A DNA stretch of 64,000 nucleotides from Bryobacterales bacterium (lineage in GTDB: Bacteria > Acidobacteriota > Terriglobia > Bryobacterales > Bryobacteraceae), in NCBI GenBank assembly GCA_963765185.1, contig CAVXWB010000142.1, positions 1,895-65,894 of the forward strand. The letters run 5' to 3'. Made by a program: the position numbers and the translations under genes. The notes below the pieces were generated by a model. That model saw nothing but the letters and a program-made list of their open reading frames with translations. It did not search any database and was not told the DNA's origin. Shown one piece after another: positions 8,566 to 17,961 of the stretch. The stretch's first letter is position 1. Each line of letters begins with the position of its first letter.

Positions 8566-10617
8566 TTACGATTCCTCGCGCTGGGTGCCGAGGTAGCGGC
8601 TGGCCAGCACCGATTCGGCGACGGCGGAGCCGAGCAGGAGCAGCATGACGTACCACCACAGATTTTCCGGCGTCTTGTTCGGCTTGGGCGCGGATTGACC
8701 GGGCGCCGTCGCGGCCTCCTGCGAGGATTGGCCGCCTTTGCCCTGCCACAGGGCCAAGACGTCGTCGGGGATCACGTCCAGGTTGGATTCCTTGGGATCG
8801 GGATTGACGCCGATTTCGTCCTGACGGCCATTGGCCAGGCGGATCTGGTAATAGCCGGCTTCGGTGAGCTGGAACGACTGCGCGGAAGCGGCCTCGCCCA
8901 GGGTGAGAGGGCGCTTGCCTTCGGGGTCGGTGACCTCGACGCCTTGGGCCTGGGTGCCTTTGGCCTGCTCCTTGGCTGTGCGGAGCTCCAGGTAAGCGTC
9001 CACGGGGCGCGCGCCGCCCTGGCGTTCACTGCCCGCGAGATAGCGCGCGGTCTGCTCAATGAAGGGGACGAAGGCGGGATGCAAGGGAAAATCGTTGGTG
9101 AGGTTGTCGAGCCCGGAGGTGAGCAGCACCACGCGGCCCTCGCCGATGCGCTTCTCCAGCAACAGCGGCGTCTGGTCGGCTAAGCGAACGATCACGCGAG
9201 CGGCATCCGGGCCAGAGCCGGGATCGACATCGAGAGCGTAGAAAAACTTCACGCCGGCCCAGCCGTCGGCCTTCGCCACGGCGGGGTAGGAGGAGTCGCT
9301 GGAGCCGACCCCCATGTAACGATCGGGAGCGCGGTTGTAGTCGCGGGTCTCGACGATGTGCGCGCCGAAAATGGGAATCTGCGAGCGGGCGCCGGCGGAG
9401 GTGCCGGCGGCGATCAGGAGGCTGCCGCCGGAGCGCACGTAGTCGGTGAGCGAGTTTTCGAGCAGGGAGGGGACCGAATTAACATCCGAGAGAACGATGA
9501 AGGCGTAATTGGACGGCTGGCGGTCGGCGGCCTCATTGACGTTGATGGATTCGAGGATAAAGGCCGATTGGGCGGCCGCCGAGAGCGCGGCTCCGACGTA
9601 GAGCGGCGAACGATTGTCGCCGTAGTTATGGATCAGCAAAACTTTTTGCGGGTCGGAACGCTCGACGGCAAAGCGGCGCAGGTCGTCGGCGGGAAAGCCG
9701 TCGGCCGAGTCGATCTTGACCTCGCAGCGGCTGAAGCCGTAGGGCACTTCGAGCGCGGGGAAGTCGACGGTGGCGCGTCCGTTGGCGGGGACCTCGACGC
9801 TCTTGGCGGCGGTGGTTTTGCCGTTCACGACCAGCGACACGGAGCGTTGTGCGGCGGGAGTGCCGTAGCCGGCGATCACGGCTTGGACGTGAATCGGCTT
9901 GACATCTTTGCCCCACACTTGGCCGGGAGCATCCACGGATTCGACGGTCCAGTTGGGTTGGGCCTTGGTGACCACGGGATGCGTTACCAGCGTGACGTTG
10001 GCGGGCAGCGCCATGTCGGAGAAGGTGGCGGCCAGGTCGCCGCGCTGCATGTCGCTGAACACATGCAGCTCGATGGGAGTGCGCACCGACTCGGCCATGG
10101 AACGCACGGCGCGCGACAGCTCGCCGAAGGTCCCGTGGCTATCGCCGGGCTGAATGGCCTGCACGGCGGCGCGCAATCCGCCCTGATCTTCAATGGGCTG
10201 GGTCATGAGCCGCAACTGCGAGCCGAACTCCGCCACCTGGCCGCGCGCGGCGCCTTTTCCGGCGAGCACGCTCATGGCTGCGTCCTTGGCATCCGCCAAA
10301 CGCGTTCCGGCGCGCATGCTGAAAGAATTGTCGACCACCAGCAGCACCAGCCGGTTGCTGGCCAGCGCGGCCGGGTTGCGGTTGATATAGGGGCTGGCGA
10401 AGGCGAGGATCAACAGCAACAGCACCAACAGCCGCAGCGACAGCAGCAAGAGATAGTTGAGCCGGCGATGACGGGTGGAGGCTTGCGTACGCGACTCCCA
10501 GAACATCAACGACGGCACGCCTTTGGGCGGGTTTTTTTGCCGCTTCAACAGATGCAGGTAAAGCGGAAGCCCGAGCCCCACCAGGCCGGCCAGGAACCAG
10601 GGCGCGAAGAGTCCCAT
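8566..10617 (-). CDS. BatA-type N-terminal double-TM protein with a VWA domain
   Basis: The N-terminus 'FAPWFLAGLVGLGLPLYLHLLKRQK' has the double-transmembrane signature. It is followed by 'LVLLVVDNSFSM', a VWA MIDAS-like strand. Confidence 0.75.
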   Translation of the reverse strand: MGLFAPWFLAGLVGLGLPLYLHLLKRQKNPPKGVPSLMFWESRTQASTRHRRLNYLLLLSLRLLVLLLLILAFASPYINRNPAALASNRLVLLVVDNSFSMRAGTRLADAKDAAMSVLAGKGAARGQVAEFGSQLRLMTQPIEDQGGLRAAVQAIQPGDSHGTFGELSRAVRSMAESVRTPIELHVFSDMQRGDLAATFSDMALPANVTLVTHPVVTKAQPNWTVESVDAPGQVWGKDVKPIHVQAVIAGYGTPAAQRSVSLVVNGKTTAAKSVEVPANGRATVDFPALEVPYGFSRCEVKIDSADGFPADDLRRFAVERSDPQKVLLIHNYGDNRSPLYVGAALSAAAQSAFILESINVNEAADRQPSNYAFIVLSDVNSVPSLLENSLTDYVRSGGSLLIAAGTSAGARSQIPIFGAHIVETRDYNRAPDRYMGVGSSDSSYPAVAKADGWAGVKFFYALDVDPGSGPDAARVIVRLADQTPLLLEKRIGEGRVVLLTSGLDNLTNDFPLHPAFVPFIEQTARYLAGSERQGGARPVDAYLELRTAKEQAKGTQAQGVEVTDPEGKRPLTLGEAASAQSFQLTEAGYYQIRLANGRQDEIGVNPDPKESNLDVIPDDVLALWQGKGGQSSQEAATAPGQSAPKPNKTPENLWWYVMLLLLGSAVAESVLASRYLGTQREES

Positions 10618-10818
10618 TTAATTGCAGTCTCCAGTCGTAAGCAAGCCGCCGCCGTCCTCGCGGATCGGAGAGAATTCCGATTATAAACTCATTCTATGCC
10701 AGGATCGCGTCCGGAACGCTTTCCGGCTTCTTGCGCGGCGAGACGCGAGAGCGCGGGATTGGTAGCGGCCGCCGGGGACTTGTAGCATTTCGTATATGCA
10801 ACCTGCTGCGATACGCCT

Positions 10819-11013
10819 GTGCTCATTTCCGGCTTCGAGTGGGATGATGAGAGTGTCTCCGGAACGCGCAGGAGGAGATACATCGCATTGGGCGAGACGT
10901 TGGACGGCCGCTTGGCGTTGGTCGTGTTTCGGCGCCTGTCTGGAGGCTTGGTGAGAGTGATCACAGCCAGGAACATGGAGGCGAGTGAGCGGCGGTTGTT
11001 CCGCCGCAAGTAA
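10819..11013 (+). pseudogene. brnT: BrnT (DUF497)-like toxin with an internal deletion
   Basis: 64 codons. It keeps 'FEWDDE' and the C-terminal 'RYIALGE..LALVVF...VRVITARNMEASERRLF' but lacks the central 'KHG.sFeeA..vF' block expected between them. Confidence 0.5.
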
Positions 11014-11014
11014 C

Positions 11015-11344
11015 ATGAGTATGAAGAAGAAACGACTTTCTCCCGCCAAGGTGCCAATACCGAAGTTTAAATCCGACCGTGAGGCCGCGGACTATTTCGA
11101 GAGCCACTCCGTGGCAAGTGTGTGGGATCAATTGGCCGAAGCTCCCCAGGCCAGGCCGGTGCCCGCGCTGCGGAAGAAGATTCGCGACCGCCGCGCCCAG
11201 GCGAAATCTCCGATCTCGCTGCGCTTGGCCCCCGAGCAGATCGCCGCGGCGAAGCAGATTGCGGCGGCCAAGTCGGTGGGCTACCAGACGCAACTCAGGA
11301 TGTGGATCGCCGAAGGGCTCCGCCGCGAAGCTAAGCGTGCCTAA
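11015..11344 (+). CDS. CopG/BrnA-class antitoxin
   Basis: The ATG lies 1 nt after the brnT-like stop. 'ISLRLAPEQIAAAKQIAAAKSVGYQTQLRMWIAEGL' matches the RHH antitoxins that pair with DUF497 toxins. Confidence 0.6.
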   Translation: MSMKKKRLSPAKVPIPKFKSDREAADYFESHSVASVWDQLAEAPQARPVPALRKKIRDRRAQAKSPISLRLAPEQIAAAKQIAAAKSVGYQTQLRMWIAEGLRREAKRA

Positions 11345-11374
11345 CCCATGCGCCCCGTTCGCGTAAATACATAA

Positions 11375-11638
11375 TGTAAATATGAGCCGACGCGTCGCAG
11401 CCTTGCGCGCCATGGAATCGCGTTCGAGGATGCGATCAGGATTTTCGACGGCCTCACCCTGGAGAGGGTGGATGACCGCTTTGACTACGGCGAGATTCGA
11501 GTCTACGCCGTCGGGATCGTAAACGATCTTGAGGTCTCGGTGATCTACACCGAGGTATCCGAGGCCGAGCGCCGTATTATTTCGGCATGGAGGGCAGAAC
11601 AGCATGAACGAGAAGCCTACTGGCAAAGCATCGCCTAA
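11375..11638 (+). pseudogene. brnT: BrnT (DUF497)-like toxin, 5'-truncated with no start codon
   Basis: The open frame encodes 'HGIAFEDAIRIFDG..ERVDDRFDYGEIRVYAVGIVNDLEVSVIYTE..RIISAWRAEQHEREAY'. It lacks the FEWD N-terminus and has no ATG, GTG or TTG after the upstream stop at 11372-11374. Confidence 0.65.
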
Positions 11639-11903
11639 GCCATCGTCTAAGACGCCCACGAACTGGAAACGCCTTCGTTCGTTGAGCGATCGGGAGATCA
11701 GGAAGGCCATCGAGAAAGATCCGGAGGCGCGTCCGACTGACGCCGGTTTCTGGAGAAAGGCCGAAGTCGTTTTGCCGCAGCCCAAGCAAACCGTTACGAT
11801 GCGGCTGGATGCGGATCTGCTGGCATGGTTGCGCCGGCAAAAGGGCTACCAGACGCGGATCAACGCCGTGCTGCGAACCTACATGGATGCCCAGAAACCG
11901 TGA
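11604..11903 (+). CDS. brnA: BrnA-family antitoxin
   Basis: 99 aa. 'VTMRLDADLLAWLRRQKGYQTRINAVLRTYM' is the BrnA C-terminal signature. The gene overlaps the 3' end of the truncated brnT. Confidence 0.75.
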   Translation: MNEKPTGKASPKPSSKTPTNWKRLRSLSDREIRKAIEKDPEARPTDAGFWRKAEVVLPQPKQTVTMRLDADLLAWLRRQKGYQTRINAVLRTYMDAQKP

Positions 11904-12171
11904 TCGGGTGTCGCCGCGGCCGGCCTCTTGAAACGATCCCCACTTGCGCTTCCTGCCCCGGCGATGAGCACCGGAAGCTCAAGCCCCCGCCTGTGTTTCC
12001 AATGACGGCCCCTTCGTGCATGGAGCGAGCGTATCAGGTCCCACCGGGTCGGCTTGCGATAGATGAGAACGAGATCCGGCCTGATGTGGCAGTCGCGGCG
12101 AATCGTTCGATTCGCCGAACAGTTATGAGTTATTCTGGATTTCGAGGATCTTGGTAAACCCGCGAGCTTTC

Positions 12172-12579
12172 ATGATCCGCAATACCGCTATCTTTCTCTT
12201 CGCTGGGATTTGTGTTTTCATGTCGTCCTGTGGAGGCAACGAAACGACTTGGTCCGTGGACGTTCAATCTCCCGATGGGAAATACATTGCAAGAGGTCGC
12301 ACGGACATACAGGGCGGATGGGGAACGGATGGTCGCCAGACCACTGTAGACCTGAACTGGACCACGGGTTCGCAGGCGGCGACGGACATATTGGTGCTGC
12401 CAGATGGCCCTTACGAGCGGGCTGGCGCGAGCGTGTTGCAGATAAGATGGATCGCTCCAACGCATTTGGAGCTGACGTATAACGGGCACGAAGCTCCACT
12501 TTTTCAGGCCGTCCGGTGCGACGGCGTTGACATTTCGTTTCGAGAGGTTGCGGAGGATGCGCCCGCCCCGCGGCGTTAG
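12172..12579 (+). CDS. Hypothetical lipoprotein
   Basis: ATG 12172 gives 'MIRNTAIFLFAGICVFMSSCGG', a lipobox-like 'MSSC'. Confidence 0.5.
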   Translation: MIRNTAIFLFAGICVFMSSCGGNETTWSVDVQSPDGKYIARGRTDIQGGWGTDGRQTTVDLNWTTGSQAATDILVLPDGPYERAGASVLQIRWIAPTHLELTYNGHEAPLFQAVRCDGVDISFREVAEDAPAPRR

Positions 12580-12719
12580 CCCGAGAGTGCCCGCGGATAA
12601 ATGTGTTCGGTTTATCGAAACGGTGCAACGTCTCACTAAGCTCGGCAACTGCAAATGTCTCGTGCGTGCGGCGCGGCTTACGCTGCTGGGCTCCGCCTGG
12701 CCGTGTCGCTACCCGCTTC

Positions 12720-15044
12720 CTAAACGATGCCCCACTTGCGGCGCAGCCACCACTCGGAGAAGCGCAGCAGGATCAACACCAGGAAGACGATGGGCAGATC
12801 CCACAGATCCTTGGTCTCGCGGCTGGTGACGCCGGCCTCCGAAAAGGGAATGCCTTGGGCGAGTTTGCCGAGGTCGGCGGGCTTCCAGTATTTTCCGCCG
12901 GTTTGGGCGGCGAGTTGTTCGAGCAGATTGCGGTTCTGTTCGGTGTGGAAATTCTCCGCTACGCCGTCCATGCGCTGAAAGGTCAGTACGTCGCGGCCTA
13001 ATTCCTTGAAGGCGTGCGTATTCGGATCGGGGCGCTGGGCCGTTACTTCGGTCAGGTAAGCGCCGGCTTTGGGCGCGGACCAGGCGGTTTGAAACTGGCC
13101 CGGATTATCCGGCACCGGAGTCATCTCCACCAGGGCGCTGATGCCGCTGGGACCCAGGATATGCGCTTCGACCTTGGCATCGGGAGCGGGGTTGTACTGT
13201 TGATCGCGAACCGCGGCGGTGATGGTTACCGCGCCGTTGTCGAGCAGCATCTGTGCGGGAACAGACGCCGCCACGTGGCCAGGGGTATCGGACACCAGCC
13301 ACCGCAGCAGCTGCTGCCAGAACAAATCGTGAGCGGTGTCGCCCAAGGGCGAACTCATCTGCCAGCGCCAACTGCCTCCGGTGGCCATAATGGCGGTGCG
13401 GCCGAGACCGAAGCTCTCGGTAATCAGCAAGGGCAATTTGCGGCCTTCAGGCGTAATCATGTTGGCCAGAACGGCAGCGCCCGGCTTGGGAGTGCCGGGA
13501 TCTTCATAGTCCATCAGGTAGGGCAGCTTCTTCCACTTGGCGGCGTTGGCGGCGGGGTCGTCCACCAGGCGGGTAATGATGCTATCCACGCCATCGGGCG
13601 CCAGCTCGGCGGTTGTATGCGCGGTGCCGTTCATCGGATCGGCCTCGCGATGAAACGTACCCGGCTGGGTCGGCAGCGTGGTCGGCAGCAGGTCGGTTAG
13701 CTTGGAGGCGTTCCAGCCTCCATCCGCCAGCGAGAACTGACCGCCCAGCAGCAGCAGGCCGCCGCCGCGGCGATCCACGAACTCGTGGATTAATTCCTGC
13801 TGGACGGGAGTGAAATAGCCTGCTTCCACCGACCCAATCATCAATCCCTGGTAAGTGAAAAGATCCTCCGGGCGAGAAGGAAAGCCGCCGGCCAGTTCTT
13901 TGGAATCGGCGATGCCCTGGCGGTAAACCTTGTTTTCGGTGGTACGAACCATGGAGGCGATCTGCACCATGCGGTCGTCCTCTTCCGCCTGGCGGATAAA
14001 CTTGTACTCCCAACGCGGCTCACCTTCGATGTACAGGATGCGGCGCGGATCGGAGCTAACGTTCACGACGCGGGTTACGGTATTGTTGGCCGAGTTCTGC
14101 TCACCGGGGAGTGGAGCGGCCGCGATTTGGAGCGTTCTGGCGCCTGCGCCACCGATATCGAACATCAAAGTCTCGGTCTGGAGGTTACCGTCCGGCCCGA
14201 GGGTGATCGCGCGTGAAGCCAGGAGCTTGCCTTGGGGTGTGGTGACGTCGCGCACGGTCAGGTTGATCTTGGCGCCGGCGTAGCCGCGTTGGTGAAACGC
14301 GATCTTGGCGGCGAGGCGCGAGTCGGCCAAAGCGCGGGGAGCAATGACGGCGTCCTCCAGCTCCACGTCATGCTCGGCGCGCTCCCGTCCGAAGCCCACG
14401 GTGTGCACGGGAATGTGGCGGGCGCGCAGCGCGCTGATGGCGTCCGCGCTGATGCCCCCGGTGTTGTCGTCGCCGTCGCTGAGCAGCACCACTGCACCGA
14501 TGGGCAGATCGGAAGTCTCCTCGCTCAACTGCTTGAGGCTGTCGCCGATGCGGGTGGAGGGCGCGTTGGGTTGGAGATCCTTGAGGTTTTCAATACGGGC
14601 GGGCACGTCATCGACGCGGTAAAGGCGGGTTTGAAACACGCGGTTCAGGCTGTCCAGGACGCCGTTCTGAAGCGCCTTGACGGCTTGGGCCTGGCGCGTG
14701 GAACCGTCCTCGGATATACCCATGCTGCGGGAGTCGTCCACCAGCACGGCGATGATGTTTTGCTGGGGCTTCAGCTCGGCGACAGTGATCGCAGGCTGCC
14801 ACAGCAGCACCAGCACCAACGCGGCCAGCAGCGTCTGCAAGCCCCAGATTACCCAGACTCGCCAACCGCGCATGTTCGGCGCGGCTTCCGCCCGGCGGGA
14901 GCGGATCAGCCAGGCCAGGGCGGCGCCCGCGGCCACGATCAGCAGCGCGAGAATCCAATGTGGCCAGGCCCCCAAAAGGGCGAATTGGCCACGCGTATAC
15001 ATGTAACGCGGATATTTAAAAAAGAACTCGAAGATCTGACTCAA
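12720..15044 (-). CDS. Membrane-anchored VWA-domain protein (aerotolerance/Bat-type large protein)
   Basis: 774 aa with N-terminal TM segments, the VWA strand 'IIAVLVDDSRSMG' and a C-terminal TM 'LPIVFLVLILLRF'. Confidence 0.7.
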   Translation of the reverse strand: MSQIFEFFFKYPRYMYTRGQFALLGAWPHWILALLIVAAGAALAWLIRSRRAEAAPNMRGWRVWVIWGLQTLLAALVLVLLWQPAITVAELKPQQNIIAVLVDDSRSMGISEDGSTRQAQAVKALQNGVLDSLNRVFQTRLYRVDDVPARIENLKDLQPNAPSTRIGDSLKQLSEETSDLPIGAVVLLSDGDDNTGGISADAISALRARHIPVHTVGFGRERAEHDVELEDAVIAPRALADSRLAAKIAFHQRGYAGAKINLTVRDVTTPQGKLLASRAITLGPDGNLQTETLMFDIGGAGARTLQIAAAPLPGEQNSANNTVTRVVNVSSDPRRILYIEGEPRWEYKFIRQAEEDDRMVQIASMVRTTENKVYRQGIADSKELAGGFPSRPEDLFTYQGLMIGSVEAGYFTPVQQELIHEFVDRRGGGLLLLGGQFSLADGGWNASKLTDLLPTTLPTQPGTFHREADPMNGTAHTTAELAPDGVDSIITRLVDDPAANAAKWKKLPYLMDYEDPGTPKPGAAVLANMITPEGRKLPLLITESFGLGRTAIMATGGSWRWQMSSPLGDTAHDLFWQQLLRWLVSDTPGHVAASVPAQMLLDNGAVTITAAVRDQQYNPAPDAKVEAHILGPSGISALVEMTPVPDNPGQFQTAWSAPKAGAYLTEVTAQRPDPNTHAFKELGRDVLTFQRMDGVAENFHTEQNRNLLEQLAAQTGGKYWKPADLGKLAQGIPFSEAGVTSRETKDLWDLPIVFLVLILLRFSEWWLRRKWGIV

Positions 15045-15114
15045 AGACCGGCCCCCGAGCTGTTGACGGGATGCCTGCTCGCGGACGGTGAGAGAAGGCG
15101 CGCGCGGTTCATGC

Positions 15115-15921
15115 CTAGTGGGTCATTGCGTAGGTGATGTAGTTAAGGACGATGCGAAACGCAAGTCCCGAAAACTTCTCGGGGTACTGCGGCTCATCGG
15201 AGTGTTCCCAGGCGTCGCCCAGATGCATGTTGTGGCAGATCGCCACCATGATGCGCCCGTGGCTGTTGCGGATGGCGCGCCACTTGGGCACGTAGCCGTC
15301 CTTCTCATAGGTGATGCCGCTGCTGACGTACTGCTCGCCCGGGATCTGAAACTTTTCGTTGATGTCGTATAAGACGTGGTAGATTTCGTCGAGATCCTTG
15401 AGATCCTCCACTTGTGCGTCGGGCAGCACCTGGCGCATGCCGGCCATGAAATGCTCCCAGTCGTCGGTGCCGTGGAAATGGTCCACCATCAGGAAGCCGC
15501 CCTTCATAAGATAATCGTGCAGGCGTTTGGCTTCCTCGTCGGAGAAGGCCCAAGACTCCACGTTGATGGCGTAGATCCAGGGATAGTCGAAGAGATGGTC
15601 GCTATCGATATCGGCGACGTTCAGGGGCGAGGGAGAGTTGATGCGGGTCAAACGCCGCAGGGCAATCAGGCAATCGTTGTCGGCCTTGGGATAGTCCTGC
15701 GACCAACCGCCGCCAAAGCCGCGATACCCGAAGCCGCCACCGCCGCCATAGAGGGTGTTGTACTGGAGCCGGCTCCAATAAAATTCCGAGGGCACGCTGG
15801 GTCCGGACTCGTAGTAGGATTGCCGGCGGCGCCCCTGCGCCCGTCCCTTTTCGAGCGCGACGAGTCCGAGGCCGAGCAGAACCAGGAGGGGAATGACGGA
15901 GATGGGCCGCACCAGCTTCAT
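15115..15921 (-). CDS. DUF4159-like secreted protein
   Basis: Signal peptide, then 'FYWSRLQY...GGGWSQDYPKADNDCLIALRRLTRI'. I recall this pattern as DUF4159, usually found next to BatA/VWA genes. The assignment is from memory. Confidence 0.6.
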   Translation of the reverse strand: MKLVRPISVIPLLVLLGLGLVALEKGRAQGRRRQSYYESGPSVPSEFYWSRLQYNTLYGGGGGFGYRGFGGGWSQDYPKADNDCLIALRRLTRINSPSPLNVADIDSDHLFDYPWIYAINVESWAFSDEEAKRLHDYLMKGGFLMVDHFHGTDDWEHFMAGMRQVLPDAQVEDLKDLDEIYHVLYDINEKFQIPGEQYVSSGITYEKDGYVPKWRAIRNSHGRIMVAICHNMHLGDAWEHSDEPQYPEKFSGLAFRIVLNYITYAMTH

Positions 15922-15968
15922 CGATGGTTACCTCGTTTGCTGCTTGAAGCGTAGCATAAGCGCGAAGG

Positions 15969-16241
15969 GTGCGGCGGGCCGTCGGGCGCCCGAGCGTGCG
16001 TTATCATGACCACGTGCTGGATCTTCGCCGCATTACGATCGATCCGGACGTGATGGGCGGGAAACCGTGCGTTCGAGGAATGCGGGTAACCGTCGGCATG
16101 ATCGTGGAATCGATTGCCGCCGGCCACACGGTTGAAGAGCTGCTGGCCGATTTCCCTTACCTTGAGGAGCAGGATATCCGGGAGGCTCCTGCCTTCGCCG
16201 CCAGTCTTGCTCAGGGACGCGAAGTTCATCTCGCCGGTTGA
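15969..16241 (+). CDS. DUF433-domain protein (antitoxin-like)
   Basis: 'ITIDPDVMGGKPCVRGMRVTVGMIVESIAAGHTVEELLADFPYLEEQDIREA' is the DUF433 core. The start codon is uncertain. Confidence 0.7.
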   Translation: MRRAVGRPSVRYHDHVLDLRRITIDPDVMGGKPCVRGMRVTVGMIVESIAAGHTVEELLADFPYLEEQDIREAPAFAASLAQGREVHLAG

Positions 16242-16441
16242 TCGACGTCTTGCTGGGTGCCGGCCCTTGCAGCCGTGAGTTCGTGTTGATCACGAACGAT
16301 CTGGATTCCGCGAGGATACCTGCCCCCACGTTGAACAAAAAACCCAGCATCATCCTGCTGCGCGGCGAGCCGCCGGCTCCGGAGTTACGTGGCGAGGGGC
16401 TGATCGGCGCGATCGCCGCGAGCCTCGGCCTCTGCCGCTGA
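16238..16441 (+). pseudogene. Truncated DUF5615 (PIN/Mut7-C-like) partner of DUF433
   Basis: 67 codons overlapping the DUF433 stop. It retains 'VLITNDLD' and 'KPSIILLRGE' but appears to lack the middle of the domain. The expected length of about 110 aa is from memory. Confidence 0.35.
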
Positions 16442-16513
16442 AGTGACCGTGCGGTTGGCCCGAGGCGATGCCTGCGATACTATTGGGCGAAGGCTGATTT
16501 TCGGCAATCTTTC

Positions 16514-17944
16514 ATGCAACGACGCGACTTTTTGAAGTTAGCCGGCCTTGCGGCCGCGGGTAGCCGTTTAGAGGCCGAGCCGCAGCCATCCTTTCTCGCG
16601 CCGGCCGCCTCGCAAGACGTGGCCAAGACCGATTTCACGCTGCAAATCGGACCGGTCACGGTGGAACTGGCGCCCAATCGCATTCTCAGTACCGTCGGAT
16701 ACAACGGCACCTCGCCGGGTCCGCTGCTGCGGATGAAGGAGGGCGTGCCGGTCACGGTGAACGTGGTCAATGACACCGACGTGCCGGAGACTGTGCATTT
16801 TCACGGATTGCTGATTCCCTCCGACGTGGACGGATCGGAGGAAGAAGGCACCCCGGTCGTGCCTCCGCACGGAAGCCGCAGCTATCAGTTCACGCCCACG
16901 CCGGCCGGCACGCGCTGGTACCACACCCACACCATGTCGATGGACGACCTGCATCGCGGCAGTTATACCGGCATGTTCGGCTTTCTGATTATCGAAGGAG
17001 CCAATAATCCCGGCCGCTTCGATCAGGAACATTACCTGGCGTTGCGCGATTGGGAGCCCTATTTCACCAACCAGGCCATGGATAACGACGATCTCGACGC
17101 CACCGGGCCGCAACCGGAGAGGCCGGCGGTGATGGATACGCGGCAACCGGGGCTGGAGGTGCCGGCCGATATTTTTTCCATCAACGACAAGGCGCTCGGC
17201 GCCGGCGATCCGATCCGCGTGAAGTCCGGCGAACGCGTGATGTTTCATTTTCTGAACGCCAGCGCCATCGAGAACCGGCACCTGGCGCTGCCCGGCCACA
17301 AATTCAACGTGATCGCGCTGGACGGAAATCCCGTGCCCACGCCGGCGGCCGTGGACGTGTTGATGCTGGGTCCGGGCGAGCGCATCGATGCCTGGGTGGA
17401 GATGAACCAGCCCGGGGTTTGGATCCTGGGCGCGCCCGAGGACCCGGTGCGCGAAGGCGGCCTGGGCATCGTCATCGAATACGCCAATCAACACCGCACC
17501 CCGCAGTGGACGCCGCCGCCCAAATCCATTTGGGACTATACCATCTTCGGCAAGCCGCCGTCGCAACCGGCGCCCACCGAGCGATTGGACATGGTGTTTG
17601 AAAAGGTGCCGCGCGGCGCCGGCAAATTCAACAGCTTCACCGTCAACGGCAAATCCTATCCGCACGACCAGGAGTTTCTGCTCAAGCAGGGCACGCGCTA
17701 CCGGCTGACGTTTCATAACCGCACCGACGACGCGCATCCGTTGCACGTGCATCGCCACCAACTCGAGATCGCCGAGATTTATGGCAAAGCCACTTCGGGC
17801 GTGATCAAGGATACGGTGGTGGTGCCCACCTATGGGCGCGCCAGCGTGGACTTTACCGCCGACCAGCCGGGACCGACGTTGTTTCACTGCCATATCCAAC
17901 AGCACATGGATTACGGCTTCAAAGCGTTGCTGCGCTATTCCTAA
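16514..17944 (+). CDS. Multicopper oxidase with a Tat signal
   Basis: It has the twin-arginine signal 'MQRRDFLKLAG' and the copper motifs 'HFHGL', 'WYHTH', 'HPLHVHRH' and 'HCHIQQHMDYGF'. Confidence 0.85.
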   Translation: MQRRDFLKLAGLAAAGSRLEAEPQPSFLAPAASQDVAKTDFTLQIGPVTVELAPNRILSTVGYNGTSPGPLLRMKEGVPVTVNVVNDTDVPETVHFHGLLIPSDVDGSEEEGTPVVPPHGSRSYQFTPTPAGTRWYHTHTMSMDDLHRGSYTGMFGFLIIEGANNPGRFDQEHYLALRDWEPYFTNQAMDNDDLDATGPQPERPAVMDTRQPGLEVPADIFSINDKALGAGDPIRVKSGERVMFHFLNASAIENRHLALPGHKFNVIALDGNPVPTPAAVDVLMLGPGERIDAWVEMNQPGVWILGAPEDPVREGGLGIVIEYANQHRTPQWTPPPKSIWDYTIFGKPPSQPAPTERLDMVFEKVPRGAGKFNSFTVNGKSYPHDQEFLLKQGTRYRLTFHNRTDDAHPLHVHRHQLEIAEIYGKATSGVIKDTVVVPTYGRASVDFTADQPGPTLFHCHIQQHMDYGFKALLRYS

Positions 17945-17961
17945 TAACTCGGTGACGGAGC

